NCBI GenBank assembly: GCA_965204375.1
Contig: OZ241986.1
Span: 2,464,001-2,528,000 of the forward strand
Direction: 5' to 3'
Origin: Candidatus Latescibacterota bacterium
Lineage (GTDB): Bacteria > Latescibacterota > UBA2968
DNA length: 64,000 nt
The position numbers were made by a program, and so were the translations under genes. Each line of letters opens with the position of its first letter. Positions within the stretch are counted from its first letter, which is position 1. Below the pieces are notes generated by a model. It worked only from the letters and a program-made list of their open reading frames with translations. It was not told the DNA's origin and ran no database searches. This document shows positions 10,339 to 22,400 of this stretch, one piece after another.

Positions 10339-11844
10339 CTAACCAAACGCCTTTTGCAAATACGCCAGATCGAGTTCGGGATAAACCGGGAATCGCGCGA
10401 GAAGATTGGCGATCCTCTGTTGGGCGTCTTCGAGTACACCGTCCTGGACTCTGTATTGGACCTTGCTAAACTGGCCCGCACTTCTGCCCTTCGTGAACTT
10501 CAATGGCCGTGCCTGGGTGAGTACATTGCCCATGACTGCGCCGATCTCCTGCATCTCTTCTGACCCCATACCAAGCGTCGTAAGCGCCGGTGTCCCCACC
10601 CTGAGACCACTGGTGTACCAGGGACCATTGGGATCAAAGGGAATGGTATTTCTATTCAGCGTAATACCGGCGTCGCGGAGCAGAGTCTCGGCCTGGCGCC
10701 CCGTAAGATTAAAGGGGGTAACGTCGATTCGAAGTAGGTGATTGTCAGTACCCCCTGTGAGAACTGTAAGCCCCGCATCTATACACGCCTGTGCGAGCAC
10801 CTGAGCATTATCGACAATACTGGCGGCATAAGCACGAAACTCGGGCGTACTCGCTTCCTGAAACGCGACAGCTTTGGCCGCCATCACATGAGGCAGTGGA
10901 CCGCCGAGCACCATTGGGCAGCCCTTATCGACCTGTTCGGCAAAATCTTCCGTACACAAAACCATACCCCCTCTGGGACCGCGCAGGGTTTTGTGTGTGG
11001 TTGTCGAAACGACATGGGCATGGGCAACCGGATCAAAATCACCCGCAAAAACTTTACCGGCCACCAACCCGGAAAAATGCGCCATATCCACCATAAAAAC
11101 AGCCCCCACTTCATCGGCGATTTCCCGGAAAATGCGGAAATTAATTTTGCGCGGATATGCACTATAACCCGCTAAAAGAATCAAAGGTTTGACGGTTTTG
11201 GCCTGGTCGCGGATTTCATCGTAGTCGATCAGGCCAGATTCTTTATTTACGGAGTACTCATGCGCCTCAAACATACGCCCGGACACATTGATGCGATAGC
11301 CGTGCGTGAGATGCCCCCCGGATGAGAGATCCAGTCCCAGAAGCTTTTGATTGCCCAATTGTTTGCGAAGCGCGTCCCATGCTTCAGCCGAGAGATCAAA
11401 TGGCGATTTTTTCCCCATTTTTTCGAGTGCAACATCTTGAACGCGCCCCGAAAGAATCGCCCAAAAAGCGACCATATTGGCATCTGCACCCGAATGGGGT
11501 TGCACATAAGCGTGATCCGCGCCAAAGAGATCGCACGCCAGTTTTGCAGCCTGGCTTTCAATCGCATCTACGTTGTCACAACCGGCGTAAAAGCGGTGAT
11601 CGGGAATCCCCTCGGCGTATTTGTCAGTAAGCAAATTGCCCATAGCCAGTTGCGTGGGCAAAGAACAATAATTCTCGCTCGCAATCATCTTGAGATTCGC
11701 ACGCTGGTCGGCCAACTCGCCCACAATATTTTTTGCCACATCGGGCGATACGGAAGCGACCTGTTCCAGCGCGGCCAAATAGGCGATAAACCCGGGATTT
11801 GGAGTGGGATTTTGAGACAAATAGTTGGCAAGAGGGCTGGACAT
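10339..11844 (-). CDS. glyA: Serine hydroxymethyltransferase (long ~500 aa type)
   Basis: [56 protein letters not shown]. Confidence 0.97.
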   Translation of the reverse strand: MSSPLANYLSQNPTPNPGFIAYLAALEQVASVSPDVAKNIVGELADQRANLKMIASENYCSLPTQLAMGNLLTDKYAEGIPDHRFYAGCDNVDAIESQAAKLACDLFGADHAYVQPHSGADANMVAFWAILSGRVQDVALEKMGKKSPFDLSAEAWDALRKQLGNQKLLGLDLSSGGHLTHGYRINVSGRMFEAHEYSVNKESGLIDYDEIRDQAKTVKPLILLAGYSAYPRKINFRIFREIADEVGAVFMVDMAHFSGLVAGKVFAGDFDPVAHAHVVSTTTHKTLRGPRGGMVLCTEDFAEQVDKGCPMVLGGPLPHVMAAKAVAFQEASTPEFRAYAASIVDNAQVLAQACIDAGLTVLTGGTDNHLLRIDVTPFNLTGRQAETLLRDAGITLNRNTIPFDPNGPWYTSGLRVGTPALTTLGMGSEEMQEIGAVMGNVLTQARPLKFTKGRSAGQFSKVQYRVQDGVLEDAQQRIANLLARFPVYPELDLAYLQKAFG

Positions 11845-11872
11845 GGATATTCTCCTCGTTTTTTGCCCGATA

Positions 11873-11915
11873 CAAAAATAGCCCGGGCTGTGTGTGGATT
11901 TTCATAAGCCCAGGC
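11873..11915 (-). terminator. Intrinsic terminator, expression platform of the ZTP riboswitch
   Basis: GCCUGGGCU pairs with AGCCCGGGC, followed by UAUUUUU; the 5' arm overlaps the 3' end of the aptamer. Confidence 0.8.
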
Positions 11916-11986
11916 GATCGGCTATCGGATGAAGAGCACTGCGCTTCCCCGTGGTCGATTCCACATTCATTCGCCAGTCACGCAGA
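11908..11986 (-). ncRNA. ZMP/ZTP (pfl) riboswitch
   Basis: Minus strand CUGCGUGACUGGCG...GUGG-aaucga-CCACGGGGAAGCGCAG...GCCGAUCGCCUGGGC matches the pfl consensus, with a GGCG/CGCC pseudoknot; directly upstream of glyA. Confidence 0.9.
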
Positions 11987-12001
11987 TCCTTGTCGATAAT
12001 G

Positions 12002-12029
12002 AATATACAGAATTGCAGACCAAAGTCAA
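12002..12029 (-). promoter_or_regulatory. Putative sigma70 promoter for riboswitch-glyA
   Basis: TTGACT-16nt-TATATT on the minus strand, just upstream of the aptamer. Confidence 0.5.
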
Positions 12030-12036
12030 CGGTTTG

Positions 12037-13464
12037 TTAGGGCGTAAAAAAACGCCATCCCCACAAAATGAGGGGATAGCCCGCAACAAAAATGACACGC
12101 GCAATAACACCCTCTATTGACGTATCGTGGAGATGAGGGGATAAAACGACAAAAACAACCGCCCCCGCAACACATATTTTCCCCAAACGTCCGTACTCGT
12201 AGGGAACCGGATAAAACCGGCGCACGATGAGATAGAGCAAAACCGTCATCGTGACATGCGCGATAAGCGTACTATAAGCAGCGGCAATAAATCCAATTTT
12301 GGGCAAAAGAAAAATATTGATAGCGATATTCACACACGCACCCGTCCCCACAATAAACGGCAGAGACCCCGCGCGCCCTTCGGCATATACACCCGCGGTG
12401 AGAATGATATAAAGACCGTGAAAGAAAAATGCCAGTCCCACCAGGGGCACAACCCGTATGCCTTCGAGATAAGTCTCTGCATTGTCACCGGCAATCAGAA
12501 CGATAATTTCGCGTGCAAAAGTGGCTAAAATCAGACAGCCCAAAATGCCGAACAGCGTGAAATACGTAGTGACACGCGCACACATCTGCCGCGTATCTTC
12601 CTCTGTATTTTCATCTTCGGTTTCGTCGAGCACGGCAGGTGCCCAGGCCGAGCGAAACGCTTTAACCACAAAAAAAATGGGCAGACCGAGTTTATAGGTA
12701 ATACCGTAAATACCCAGATCGTCGAGATCCAAAAAAAATCGGATCAGAAAGCGGTCAGATAGGCTAATGATAAGAAAGGAAAAAGCTGAGGGTACAAAGG
12801 GCAGGCCAAAACGCAGAAGTTCGCGCAACGCGCGCATATCAAAAGCTGGACGAATTAACCGCAGACCAACGGGAAACATGACAATAAGTGCAAAGAGAGA
12901 ACTGATGAGATTGGCTTCAAAAACCGCGATTGGCCCCTGTCCGAGAATTGCGATAAAATAAGCGGTAAGACCGAGTTGTAGCGTGTGTTGAATCACCCGC
13001 ACAATCGCATAGTGAAAGGATCTCTGACGAGCGCGACAAAGTGTGAAAAGGGGTTCTGACAGCGCGTCCAAAAGGACAACGGCGGCAATAAGTTCGAAGA
13101 TCGCACTGTAATCCGAACTGCCCAAAAGATGATGCGCGAGACTCCCGGCATTAGTCCAGACCAGACTCGACAGAATAACACCTGTAGCGAACAGTGCCCA
13201 AAATGCGGCGCTAAACGCGGCGCGGTGTTTGTCGAGATCGGTCTTGCCAGATAAGAGGCGAATTAGCGCGGGATTGAGACCGAGAGAATAAAAAACCGCG
13301 CTAAATCCGATAAATGCAAATGCCAGAGACAAAATGCCATTGTCCGCAGGAGTGAGATGCCTGGCATAGATGGGCACGAGCAAAATGGACACTGCGCGAC
13401 CGATCAGATCGCCCATGCCATAGACCGCCGTGTGTTGCGCGAGAGATTTGATTCGAGAGAACAT
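12037..13464 (-). CDS. Oligosaccharide flippase (Wzx/MOP family)
   Basis: Starts MFSRIKSLAQHTAVYG; many TM helices, LLRFGLP, SDRFLI, LGIYG motifs. Confidence 0.85.
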   Translation of the reverse strand: MFSRIKSLAQHTAVYGMGDLIGRAVSILLVPIYARHLTPADNGILSLAFAFIGFSAVFYSLGLNPALIRLLSGKTDLDKHRAAFSAAFWALFATGVILSSLVWTNAGSLAHHLLGSSDYSAIFELIAAVVLLDALSEPLFTLCRARQRSFHYAIVRVIQHTLQLGLTAYFIAILGQGPIAVFEANLISSLFALIVMFPVGLRLIRPAFDMRALRELLRFGLPFVPSAFSFLIISLSDRFLIRFFLDLDDLGIYGITYKLGLPIFFVVKAFRSAWAPAVLDETEDENTEEDTRQMCARVTTYFTLFGILGCLILATFAREIIVLIAGDNAETYLEGIRVVPLVGLAFFFHGLYIILTAGVYAEGRAGSLPFIVGTGACVNIAINIFLLPKIGFIAAAYSTLIAHVTMTVLLYLIVRRFYPVPYEYGRLGKICVAGAVVFVVLSPHLHDTSIEGVIARVIFVAGYPLILWGWRFFTP

Positions 13465-13474
13465 AGTTAATCGC

Positions 13475-15919
13475 TCAAAGCATCGACATCGGATCGACAT
13501 TGATCGCCAGGGTGACACCACGAGATCGGCGTTTATTGGGAGCAAATTGCGTGGCGGCATTTCGGGCGGCGGCATTGAGATGGCTGTGCGAATCAGACTT
13601 GAGCAAAACTTGCCAGCGATAGGTGCCCTGGATACGTGCGAGAGGGGCCTGTACGGGACCCAGAATTTCGACATCGGGAGGTGTTTGTTCGCGCAAAGCC
13701 TGCGCGATTATGCCAGCCGCGCGTGCAACTTCGTGTTCATCTTTGCCCTTAAAAAGCAAAAGCACCACGCGCCCAAAGGGCGGATAACCGAGACTCTGAC
13801 GCGCACTGAGTTCTCGCTGTGCAAAAGTTTCAAAATCGTGGCCCTGCGCGCATTGCACGGCCTCGCCATCGGGCATATAAGTCTGAATAACGACTTCCCC
13901 TGGAATCTCGCCTCGTCCGGCGCGTCCACTGACCTGAGTGAGCAATTGAAATGTGCGTTCGCTGGCGCGAAAATCCGGCAGATGGATACTCGTATCCGCA
14001 GAAATAACGCCGACGAGTGTCACGCCGGGAAAATCGAGACCCTTGGCGATCATCTGCGTACCGAGTAAAATATCGGCCTCGCCTCGGGAAAATCGATCGA
14101 GTATGCGATCATGCGCGCCCTTGCGGCTCGTGGTATCCACATCCATTCGCAAAACGCGCACACCGGGAAACTGTGCTTCGAGGGTCTCTTCAACGCGCTG
14201 CGTCCCCACGCCCAGCAAATGAAAATTACTGCTATTACACGACGGACACGCCGAGGGTGATGGCTCAATATAACCGCAATAATGGCACAGCATCAGGCGT
14301 CGGGTCGCGTGATACGTCAGGGTCACCTGGCAGTGGTCGCACTGGATGCTTTGCCCGCAGTCGGCGCATTGAACCGCAGGCGCGTACCCGCGCCGGTTTT
14401 GAAGCAAGATGGTGCGTTGACCCTTTTCAATGCGTTCGCGCATCTTCTCTCGCAGCGGACGTGAAAACAAACTGCCACCTTCGCGTCGCATATCCACGAG
14501 TGTGACAGTGGGCAGTGAGCGATTGTCGACGCGCTCTGGCAATATGAGAGCGTTGAATTTTTGAGTCTGTGCATTGTGATGCGACTCGAGAGAAGGGGTT
14601 GCCGATCCCAGAACAATGGGCAGATTTTGCAGATGAGCGCGCATCACAGCGACATCCCGCGCATTGTAACGAGGTGCGGGATCGTCTTGTTTGTAAGAAC
14701 CATCGTGTTCTTCGTCGATGATGATAAGGCCCAGATTTTCGACAGGTGCAAAAATAGCTGAGCGCGCACCAATAACAACGGCGCGTTTTCCCCTGCGAAC
14801 CTCGCGCCAAGCATCGTAGCGTTCACCAGGGGACAATGCACTGTGCAAAACCGCGACGCGATCGCCAAAATGGGCGCGAAAGCGGCGGACGGTCTGCGGC
14901 GTCAGAGTGATTTCCGGAACCAGAACAATCGCGCCTTTTCCCAAAGCGAGCGCGTGTGCAACCGCCCGAATATAGACCAGTGTTTTGCCGCTACCCGTCA
15001 CCCCGCGCAAAAGGTGAACCCGAAAGGCGTTTTCATCAATGCTTTGTCCAATCGTCTGGATAGCCCGCGCTTGATGGGGCGTAAGCGTTACATCCTCAGG
15101 CGGGGGAAGATCGACATCGGCATAAGGGTCGCGCACCACTTCGCGGTCAATAAAACATATCAAATTGCGCTTGACCATTTCTCTCAGTACGCCCGATGAA
15201 ATCCCTTCTGCGGATAGTCGTGCGGTCAACAGAGGGCGATTTGCCGAACGCAGAAGGCGAATACACTGCGCCTGGCGGGGTGCGCGTTTTTCCAGTGTGG
15301 GCAATTCCAGGTCAAACCAGCGCGGATCATCGGGCACAAGTGCCACTGCACGCTGGGTCTTGGTTTTTACTGTTGGTGCTGACATCTTTTGAAACGCGAC
15401 CAGAACACCTCGCCTCAAAAGGCCGTATATCGCGGGCTGTACGCCCTGTTTTCCAAGTCGTTTTTGAAGTTGTCGCATCGATGCCGAACCGAGTTCGCCC
15501 AATACAGTGACGACCTCGCGCTGACGCGGCGAAAGCAGGCGACTGATCGCGTCGTCAAAGTTTTTTTCAAGGGCAAAATGCTGCCCACTATCCAGATGAA
15601 TACCCGATGGAAGAGCCGCAGAGAGGACCTCCGAGAGACTGCACAGATAATACCAGGCCATCCACCTGCACAATTCGAGCATCGGTGGTGTCACAAGAGG
15701 ATAAGAATCCAGGATTTGGGCAATGGTCTTGACGCGATTGGAGGGCAGATCGCACGTTTCGCAAAAGCCGACGACAATACCCGTAACCCAGCGTTCTCCA
15801 AAAGGAACGAGAACGCGGTAGCCCGTTTGCAAATCGTCCTGTAGATCGTCGGGAATGCGGTAGGTAAATGTATCGAGGGATGTACCCAGGGGAACGATTT
15901 GTGCGAAAGGATGCGCCAT
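13475..15919 (-). CDS. priA: Primosomal protein N'
   Basis: GVTGSGKT, LVPEI, IIDEEHD, Cys-rich Zn region, GTQMIAKGLDFP, QVSGRAGR. Confidence 0.97.
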   Translation of the reverse strand: MAHPFAQIVPLGTSLDTFTYRIPDDLQDDLQTGYRVLVPFGERWVTGIVVGFCETCDLPSNRVKTIAQILDSYPLVTPPMLELCRWMAWYYLCSLSEVLSAALPSGIHLDSGQHFALEKNFDDAISRLLSPRQREVVTVLGELGSASMRQLQKRLGKQGVQPAIYGLLRRGVLVAFQKMSAPTVKTKTQRAVALVPDDPRWFDLELPTLEKRAPRQAQCIRLLRSANRPLLTARLSAEGISSGVLREMVKRNLICFIDREVVRDPYADVDLPPPEDVTLTPHQARAIQTIGQSIDENAFRVHLLRGVTGSGKTLVYIRAVAHALALGKGAIVLVPEITLTPQTVRRFRAHFGDRVAVLHSALSPGERYDAWREVRRGKRAVVIGARSAIFAPVENLGLIIIDEEHDGSYKQDDPAPRYNARDVAVMRAHLQNLPIVLGSATPSLESHHNAQTQKFNALILPERVDNRSLPTVTLVDMRREGGSLFSRPLREKMRERIEKGQRTILLQNRRGYAPAVQCADCGQSIQCDHCQVTLTYHATRRLMLCHYCGYIEPSPSACPSCNSSNFHLLGVGTQRVEETLEAQFPGVRVLRMDVDTTSRKGAHDRILDRFSRGEADILLGTQMIAKGLDFPGVTLVGVISADTSIHLPDFRASERTFQLLTQVSGRAGRGEIPGEVVIQTYMPDGEAVQCAQGHDFETFAQRELSARQSLGYPPFGRVVLLLFKGKDEHEVARAAGIIAQALREQTPPDVEILGPVQAPLARIQGTYRWQVLLKSDSHSHLNAAARNAATQFAPNKRRSRGVTLAINVDPMSML

Positions 15920-15924
15920 AAAAA

Positions 15925-16896
15925 CTATCGGCCTATCTGTGGGCCAGAAGGCGTGTCGCCGAGTTCTTCGACTTTGATGAGGGTGCGAAAAATAGTCAGG
16001 CGAAGACCGCGATCGGGTGGGCTGGCAACTTCGAGAGACTGGTCCTGCAGTGAAAGCGAAATCGAGCTGGCACGCTGTATCTCCACTTGAAAGCGGTCAT
16101 GTGCCAGCCAGCGTTGCTGCCGCCCTACAGGAAGCACACCTGCAAAAACCCCGCGGTCATCGGCAGTAATGGATAGATGCGCGTTTTCTCTTGCAACGCC
16201 GGAAAGAATCATGATTTCTCCTTCGGCTATGCTGACGGGAATGGGCAAATTATATGTGCTGAGCACAACGGGTGCTGGTTGGAAAGCTGGCGTCTCCTCC
16301 ACAATATCCGATGGCATCATCTGGTTTTCCGATAGGGGTTGCGATGACATAACGGACTCTGTGCTGTCTCGCTGTTGCATCTCTTGTGCGGATTTCGCGC
16401 TATCCTGCATTCCCAGCGGCATCTCCTCTTCGTAAATGCTCAATTGTTCGGGAGGGATCACCGATTCCGTGCTATCTGGTATTGGGAGAGGTGATGTAGT
16501 AGTATCGAGGGGGGCTGTGAGCGGTGTTTCCTCACGCGAGTTGAGAATGATGATCACCACTGCAATCACCGCGAATGCGAGCAATGAGATAAATATTTTG
16601 CTGCGATCTATCCCGCGTTTTGGAGGGGACTGTACTGTGGCCCGCTCACGCGACAGTGAAACGCTTCTTTCAAAGAGAATAAAGATGTCCCGAACATTGA
16701 GGTTGAGTGCTTGTGCATAAGTTTTGAGAAACAAACGCGCGTAGGCTACGGGCAAAAAATCGAATTGACCCGATTCAAGCACCTTGATAAACTCGGGATT
16801 GATCCGCGTGTGTTCATAAATATCACCGATACTCAAACCCAAATTTTCGCGCTGCGTTTTGAGTAATTCACCAATGTCTTGTTTTTTATCTGTCAT
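15925..16896 (-). CDS. RodZ-like HTH/TM/DUF4115 protein
   Basis: N-terminal HTH (IGELLKTQRE...YARLFLKTYA), one TM helix, low-complexity linker. Confidence 0.75.
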   Translation of the reverse strand: MTDKKQDIGELLKTQRENLGLSIGDIYEHTRINPEFIKVLESGQFDFLPVAYARLFLKTYAQALNLNVRDIFILFERSVSLSRERATVQSPPKRGIDRSKIFISLLAFAVIAVVIIILNSREETPLTAPLDTTTSPLPIPDSTESVIPPEQLSIYEEEMPLGMQDSAKSAQEMQQRDSTESVMSSQPLSENQMMPSDIVEETPAFQPAPVVLSTYNLPIPVSIAEGEIMILSGVARENAHLSITADDRGVFAGVLPVGRQQRWLAHDRFQVEIQRASSISLSLQDQSLEVASPPDRGLRLTIFRTLIKVEELGDTPSGPQIGR

Positions 16897-16923
16897 AGGA
16901 TGGTTGTATTTCCCGTTGTATTT

Positions 16924-17538
16924 TTAAATGTCTATCGCATCACTATTTTCGGGTATAATCGCCCAGAGCGATTGCCCGACCAGACGGTGATACAGGCTCC
17001 AAAAGCACGCAAGCGGCAAGCCCACCACATTGTAGAAGCAACCAGATATAGATTGAATAAATGCAGATGCACGCCCCTGCGCGCCATAAGCGCCAGCTTT
17101 GTCCATAGAATCCCCAGTGGCGACATAGCGTGCAATATCCTCCGATGAGAGCACGCGCATGGTGACGTGAGTAGTAGCAACCTCTGTAAGGGTCTGTCCG
17201 GTTTCCGTATCTGTAAGGGCCAGTCCGGTATAGACCTGATGGGTTTTTCCCGAAAGTTGCGCCAGCATGTCTTCGGCGTGTTTGGCATCATTCGGTTTCT
17301 CGAAAATCGCATTTTCCAATACCACAACTGTATCGGCTCCCAAAACGAGCGCGTGGTCAAAACGATGGACAACCGCCTTTGTTTTTCGCTGTGCGATTTC
17401 CCGCACATGTTCGGCAGGTGGCAAGATGGTATCCAGCGCCTCATTGGCATTGCTCGGCGCGATTTCAAACGGAATATCCAACAAGCGCAATAAACTCGCA
17501 CGCCTGGGTGAGGCAGAAGCGAGAATCAGTTTCTTCAT
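16924..17538 (-). CDS. maf: Maf nucleoside-triphosphate pyrophosphatase
   Basis: [29 protein letters not shown]. Confidence 0.95.
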   Translation of the reverse strand: MKKLILASASPRRASLLRLLDIPFEIAPSNANEALDTILPPAEHVREIAQRKTKAVVHRFDHALVLGADTVVVLENAIFEKPNDAKHAEDMLAQLSGKTHQVYTGLALTDTETGQTLTEVATTHVTMRVLSSEDIARYVATGDSMDKAGAYGAQGRASAFIQSISGCFYNVVGLPLACFWSLYHRLVGQSLWAIIPENSDAIDI

Positions 17539-17978
17539 ATCTCTGAGTCAATCATCAATGTAACGGGGCCAGTGTTGTGAATTTCAACCTGCATGTACGC
17601 GCCAAAAACGCCGGTTTCAGTGTGAATGCCAAAGGTGCAGAGGCACTGGACAAATTGCTCGTACATGGATTTGGCAATATCTGGTGGAGCAGCCCGATTA
17701 AAACTCGGACGGCGGCCTTTGCGGGTATCGGCGTGCAGGGTAAATTGAGAAACCACCAGCGCCTGCCCACCCGTATCGAGCAGAGATCTGTTCATTTTGC
17801 CCTGATCGTCTTCAAAAATTCTCAAATTTACACATTTCTCGGCAACATATTCCATATCTGAAAGACCATCGGTATCGCTAATACCCAGCAAAATCAAAAG
17901 ACCGCGATCAATTTGACCAACGACTTGTTCTTCAACGCGAACCGTTGCCCTGCATACCCGCTGAATCAATGCCCGCAC
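17535..17978 (-). CDS. dtd: D-aminoacyl-tRNA deacylase
   Basis: [25 protein letters not shown]; GTG start after GGAGG. Confidence 0.95.
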   Translation of the reverse strand: MRALIQRVCRATVRVEEQVVGQIDRGLLILLGISDTDGLSDMEYVAEKCVNLRIFEDDQGKMNRSLLDTGGQALVVSQFTLHADTRKGRRPSFNRAAPPDIAKSMYEQFVQCLCTFGIHTETGVFGAYMQVEIHNTGPVTLMIDSEI

Positions 17979-18011
17979 GCTACCCTCCAATGCTAAAAAC
18001 GCCTATACCAT

Positions 18012-18150
18012 TTATAACCTATTTGTGGCATGTGTGCAAGGCGAAAGATATAAGAGACGCGGCAAAACAGGTTGGCACCATCCCGGCGCAATCGCAAATA
18101 ACAGGAACAAAATGAGCCAAACTACTTGTATTTTATTGAAGATATTCGTA
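18012..18150 (-). pseudogene. Relic of an internally deleted lptD copy (5' end joined to lptD downstream flank)
   Basis: 18059-18150 matches 30741-30832 at 81/92 nt (start ATG changed to ACG); 18012-18051 matches 28441-28480 at 30/40 nt (manual ungapped alignments). Confidence 0.85.
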
Positions 18151-18288
18151 TTTTCGTACTGGTTATAAACCGCAATTTTCGACGAAGATCCGCACGAATG
18201 AGAGTTCATGGGAGCATCTGGTCCATCTCGGTCCTGCCCGCAGGACTACGGATGATTCCCATCAGCCTGTACTGAAAAGAGAAAAGAG

Positions 18289-19485
18289 ATGAATCGAGGA
18301 AAAAGCTTACTCACGGCTGGTGCCATCCTTCTCATATCCTTGATTGTTGCCTACCTTATGGTCTGGCTTAAGCCCGAGCCGGAAATCCGATCGCTTACTT
18401 CCCGGGCACCTTTCGCAATCACGGCCCCCGCAGTGGTCGGCACCGGTGCAATTCCCGTGTACGGTGCAGGGACAGTTCGACCTGTTGCAAAGATAGATGT
18501 CGCTGCCGAAATCAATGGCAAGGTTATTTGGGTAGATCCGGCCTTTCAGAGTGGCGGACGAGTCCGAAAAGGGCAGGTTCTCTTCCGCATTGATGACGCC
18601 GACTACCGCAACAGAGTACAGCAAGCGCGTGCCAACGTGGCCGCGCAGCATGTCGCACTCCTCCGGGCGCGTGAAGAAGCCCAGATCGCACGCGCTGAGT
18701 ACGCGCAATTCAGACGTGACCAAACGGACATAGCCGAAGCCAATCCCCTTGCGCTGTGGGAGCCTCAGATCGAGGCAGCTCGAGCCGCGGTGGCCAGAGA
18801 TAGTGCGGTGCTCGCCGATGCCGAGTTGGCCTTGGCACGCACAAAAGTCCATGCACCCTTCAGAGGCGTCGTGCAGGCAGAATCAATAGATATGGGGCAG
18901 TTCGTGGTGGCTGGGCAGAGTGTAGGACGACTTTACGCGACCGATGCAGTAGAGGTGGTGGTTCCCCTCTCCGATGCCAACGCGGTTCTCATCCCAGGCC
19001 TCTGGGAGCTAAAAGCGGGCGACGGAGATAGGCAGGTCAGGGCCCGTGTCATCGCTGAATACGGCGATGGAAGCTACGCCTGGGAGGGCTATGTAGATCG
19101 AGCAGAAGCATCCCTGGACGAACAGACGCGGACTATTGACGTCATCGTGCGCGTTCCGAATCCCTTTGCGAGCGGCACCCGAGTTGAGGCGGCAGGCGTG
19201 GATCCTGGCCCGCCCCTTCTCGTGGGCAAGTTTGTGGAAGTGCAAATTGAGGGAATCACCCCAGATCGGTACTTCATCCTGCGGCGGTCAGCACTCAGGC
19301 CGGGCAACGAGATTTGGGCAGTACGCGATGACACGCGATTGACCATCGTCCCGGTGCGCGTCCTTCAGCGTTCCGATGATCAGGTGTTCGTAACCGGCAC
19401 TCTGAAAGCCGAGCAGGCGGTCGTCATAGGCGGGATTCAAGTCGCAACCGAAGGCATGGCTGTGCGGATCGGAGGTGATCCATGA
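18289..19485 (+). CDS. RND efflux periplasmic adaptor (MFP)
   Basis: N-terminal TM, AEINGKV, lipoyl/hairpin region, TKVHAPFRG, LDEQTRT. Confidence 0.9.
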   Translation: MNRGKSLLTAGAILLISLIVAYLMVWLKPEPEIRSLTSRAPFAITAPAVVGTGAIPVYGAGTVRPVAKIDVAAEINGKVIWVDPAFQSGGRVRKGQVLFRIDDADYRNRVQQARANVAAQHVALLRAREEAQIARAEYAQFRRDQTDIAEANPLALWEPQIEAARAAVARDSAVLADAELALARTKVHAPFRGVVQAESIDMGQFVVAGQSVGRLYATDAVEVVVPLSDANAVLIPGLWELKAGDGDRQVRARVIAEYGDGSYAWEGYVDRAEASLDEQTRTIDVIVRVPNPFASGTRVEAAGVDPGPPLLVGKFVEVQIEGITPDRYFILRRSALRPGNEIWAVRDDTRLTIVPVRVLQRSDDQVFVTGTLKAEQAVVIGGIQVATEGMAVRIGGDP

Positions 19486-22400
19486 ACCGAGAAGATGGTT
19501 CCGCACGGGAACGCCCCGGACCGATAGCTTACATGGCGAGCAACAGTGTAGCCGCCAATCTATTGATGTGGGCGATCATCGCCGCCGGGCTGGTGTCGCT
19601 GACCGGTCTCGATCGGGAAGCCTGGCCCACCACCCCTTTCTACCATATCGAAGTCTCCATGGCCTATCCCGGTGCCACACCGGAGGAGATCGAGGAGTCG
19701 ATCGTCGTCAAGATCGAGGATCAGGTCAGCGGGCTCGATGACGTGAAGGCGGTCAAGTCCGTTGCGGCCCCGGGCATGGCCTCCGTGCGGGTTCAAATGG
19801 ATTTCGATACGGACATGGCTCGGGCCTTGGACGATATCGAGTCTGCTGTCAATCGCATACAGTCCTTCCCGGCCGGTGCCGAACGTCCACGGTTCCGGGA
19901 GATGAACAACCGCCTGAGCATGATGCGGCTCATCGTCCACGGCGCCGTCTCCGAGCGCGCGCTGAAGGAACTGGCGTACCAGATCGAGGACGACCTCACG
20001 ACGCTCCCCTCCGTGTCCCAAGTCGAGGTCAGCGGTATTCGGAAATACGAGATATCTATCGAAGTACCGCTTCATCGCCTGAGAGCACTTGGACTCACCC
20101 TCACCGACATCGCCAACACGATTCGTCGCAGTTCCCTGGAACTGTCCGCTGGCAGCATCGATACCCGGGAATCCCAGGTGAGGGTCCGCACCCTCGGACA
20201 GAACTACGACCAGCAGGATTTCGAGGAAATCGTCCTTCTCAGCGGTCGTGACGGCACGGTCCTGCGCCTTGGAGATATCGCCGAGGTCCGCGACGGCTTT
20301 CAGGAAACCGACCTGATTGTGCGGCACCAGAACCAGCCCGCTGTATTCGTCGAGGTCTATCGCGCCGATGGCGAGCAAGTAATGGATGTCGCCACCACCG
20401 TCCGAGAACACCTGGCTAACGAAGTGATCCCGTCCCTGCCCGACGGAGTGGGCATCACCATGTGGAATGACGAATCCCAAGTCTATGAGGAACGCGCCGA
20501 TCTTCTCCTCAAGAACGGTATCCTGGGCCTGTTGCTGGTGCTGATCTCCCTCAGCTTGTTTCTCGAAATCCGGCTCGCGCTTTGGGTCGCCGTGGGCCTC
20601 GCCGTTTCGGGTATCGGTGCCCTCGCCATCATGATGGCATTCGACGTGGCGATCAACACCATCAGCCTTTTCTCCTTTGTCCTCGCCATAGGAATCATCG
20701 TCGACGATGCCATCGTCGTGGCCGAGCACATCCACTACGAACGCAAGCGGGGAACACCCGGAGTCACGGCCGCGATCCGCGGCGTACGGCGGATCAAAGT
20801 GCCGTTGACCTTCGCAGTTCTGACGTCGGTGGTGGCCTTCGTCCCGCTGCTGTTCATCCCCGGCGGCGTAGGTGAGGTGTGGCGGGCCCTGCCGATCATC
20901 ATGATCGCCATGCTGCTGGTTTCCCTGGTCGAATCGCTGCTGGTGCTGCCCAACCACCTGTCCCACCTGCACGGCCCGGAGTGGGTGCCGGCCAATGCCT
21001 TCGACCGGTTCTTCGCACGGCTCCAGGGGCGCGTGGACGAGCTGCTGAACAGATTCGTGCAAGGGCCTCTGGACCGGGCCCTGCGGTTCGCGACGGATCA
21101 GCCCGGGGTGACGATGGCGGGGGCCGCGGGAATGCTCGTGTTGAGCATCTCCCTGTTGCCCGCGGGGATCGTTCCTACCACGCTGGCCGCTGATGTGGAG
21201 GGGGATATCGCGACGGTCGTCCTGGAGATGCCCGATGGGACGACCGCTTTGAGGACGTACGAAGTGGCGCAGGAACTGGAGGCCGCAGGCCACCGGGTCA
21301 TCGAACGACTCTCGCGCAACCGGCCCGCAGACGCGCCACGGCTGCTGACCGGCGTAACAGTGACCGTCGGACAGGGCTCGAGACTCGAGGGCGGGCTCAA
21401 TCCGGAGCCTACCCTCAATCCGGAAGCCAATATCGCCACCATCGAGTTCAAACTCCTGAGCGCCCAACAGAGAGAGATCTCCACCGGAGAGGTCGTGCAG
21501 GCATGGCGCGAGGAGGTGGGTGTGCTGCCCTATGTGCGCGGTATCACCTTCAGCGGCGCGGTCTTCGACCTGGGCAACCCGGTGGAGGCCGTGTTGTCGC
21601 ATCCTGACCCGAAGCTGCTCGCCCGGATTGCAGACTCTGTGGTCGATGGACTCCGAGGAGTGGGAGGCGTCTACGACGTACGCTCGGATCACGCTCCAGG
21701 CATCCCGGAAATTCAGCTCGAGTTGCAGCCGGAAGCGCGAACCCTTGATCTCACACTTGACGACCTGGCCGGGCAGGCACGCGCCGCGTTCTTCGGCGCT
21801 GAGGCGGTCCGGGTGCAGCGCGGCCGGGAAGAGGTCCGGGTCTATGTGCGCCTGCCCGCCGATGAGCGGAATTCCATTACCGATGTCGAAGGTTATCACA
21901 TCCGCACCCCGGGCGGGGCCGAAGTCCCGGTCATGAGTGTGGCTTCGCTGAACCCAGGCGTGTCGCCGCCGGCCATCCGGCGCAAGGACGGCCAGCGCGT
22001 CGTCACGGTCACGGCGGACGTGGACGCTGCGGTGATTTCCGGTGACGAAGCCAACGACATCCTGGCCAATTCGATCCTCGCGGACCTGACCGCCTTGCAC
22101 CCTGGCCTGACATACAGCTTCGGAGGGGAACAACAACAGCAACTCGAATCCCTGGATGCGCTGTACCGCGGGTTCGCGGTCGCCCTGATCATGATTTTCG
22201 CGCTGCTTGCCATCCCTCTCCGCTCATATACCAAACCGTTCATTATTATGGCCGTCATCCCTTTCGGGTTCATCGGGGTGATCCTGGGTCACTGGGTCCT
22301 CGGAGTAGCCCTGAGCGCGGTATCCTTCATGGGCATCTTCGGCCTGAGCGGGGTGGTTGTGAACGATTCCCTGGTCATGATCGATTTCATCGATCAGAAA

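Noticed and set aside
13465-13674. N-terminal extension of the flippase ORF
   Set aside because: Overlaps the priA 3' end; a typical start lies at 13464
18012-18209. 65-aa ORF as a functional secreted peptide
   Set aside because: Its hydrophobic stretch is the copied LptD signal peptide with the start codon lost; treated as a relic
19560-22142. 860-aa minus-strand ORF
   Set aside because: Antisense shadow of the GC-rich RND permease; no recognisable motifs
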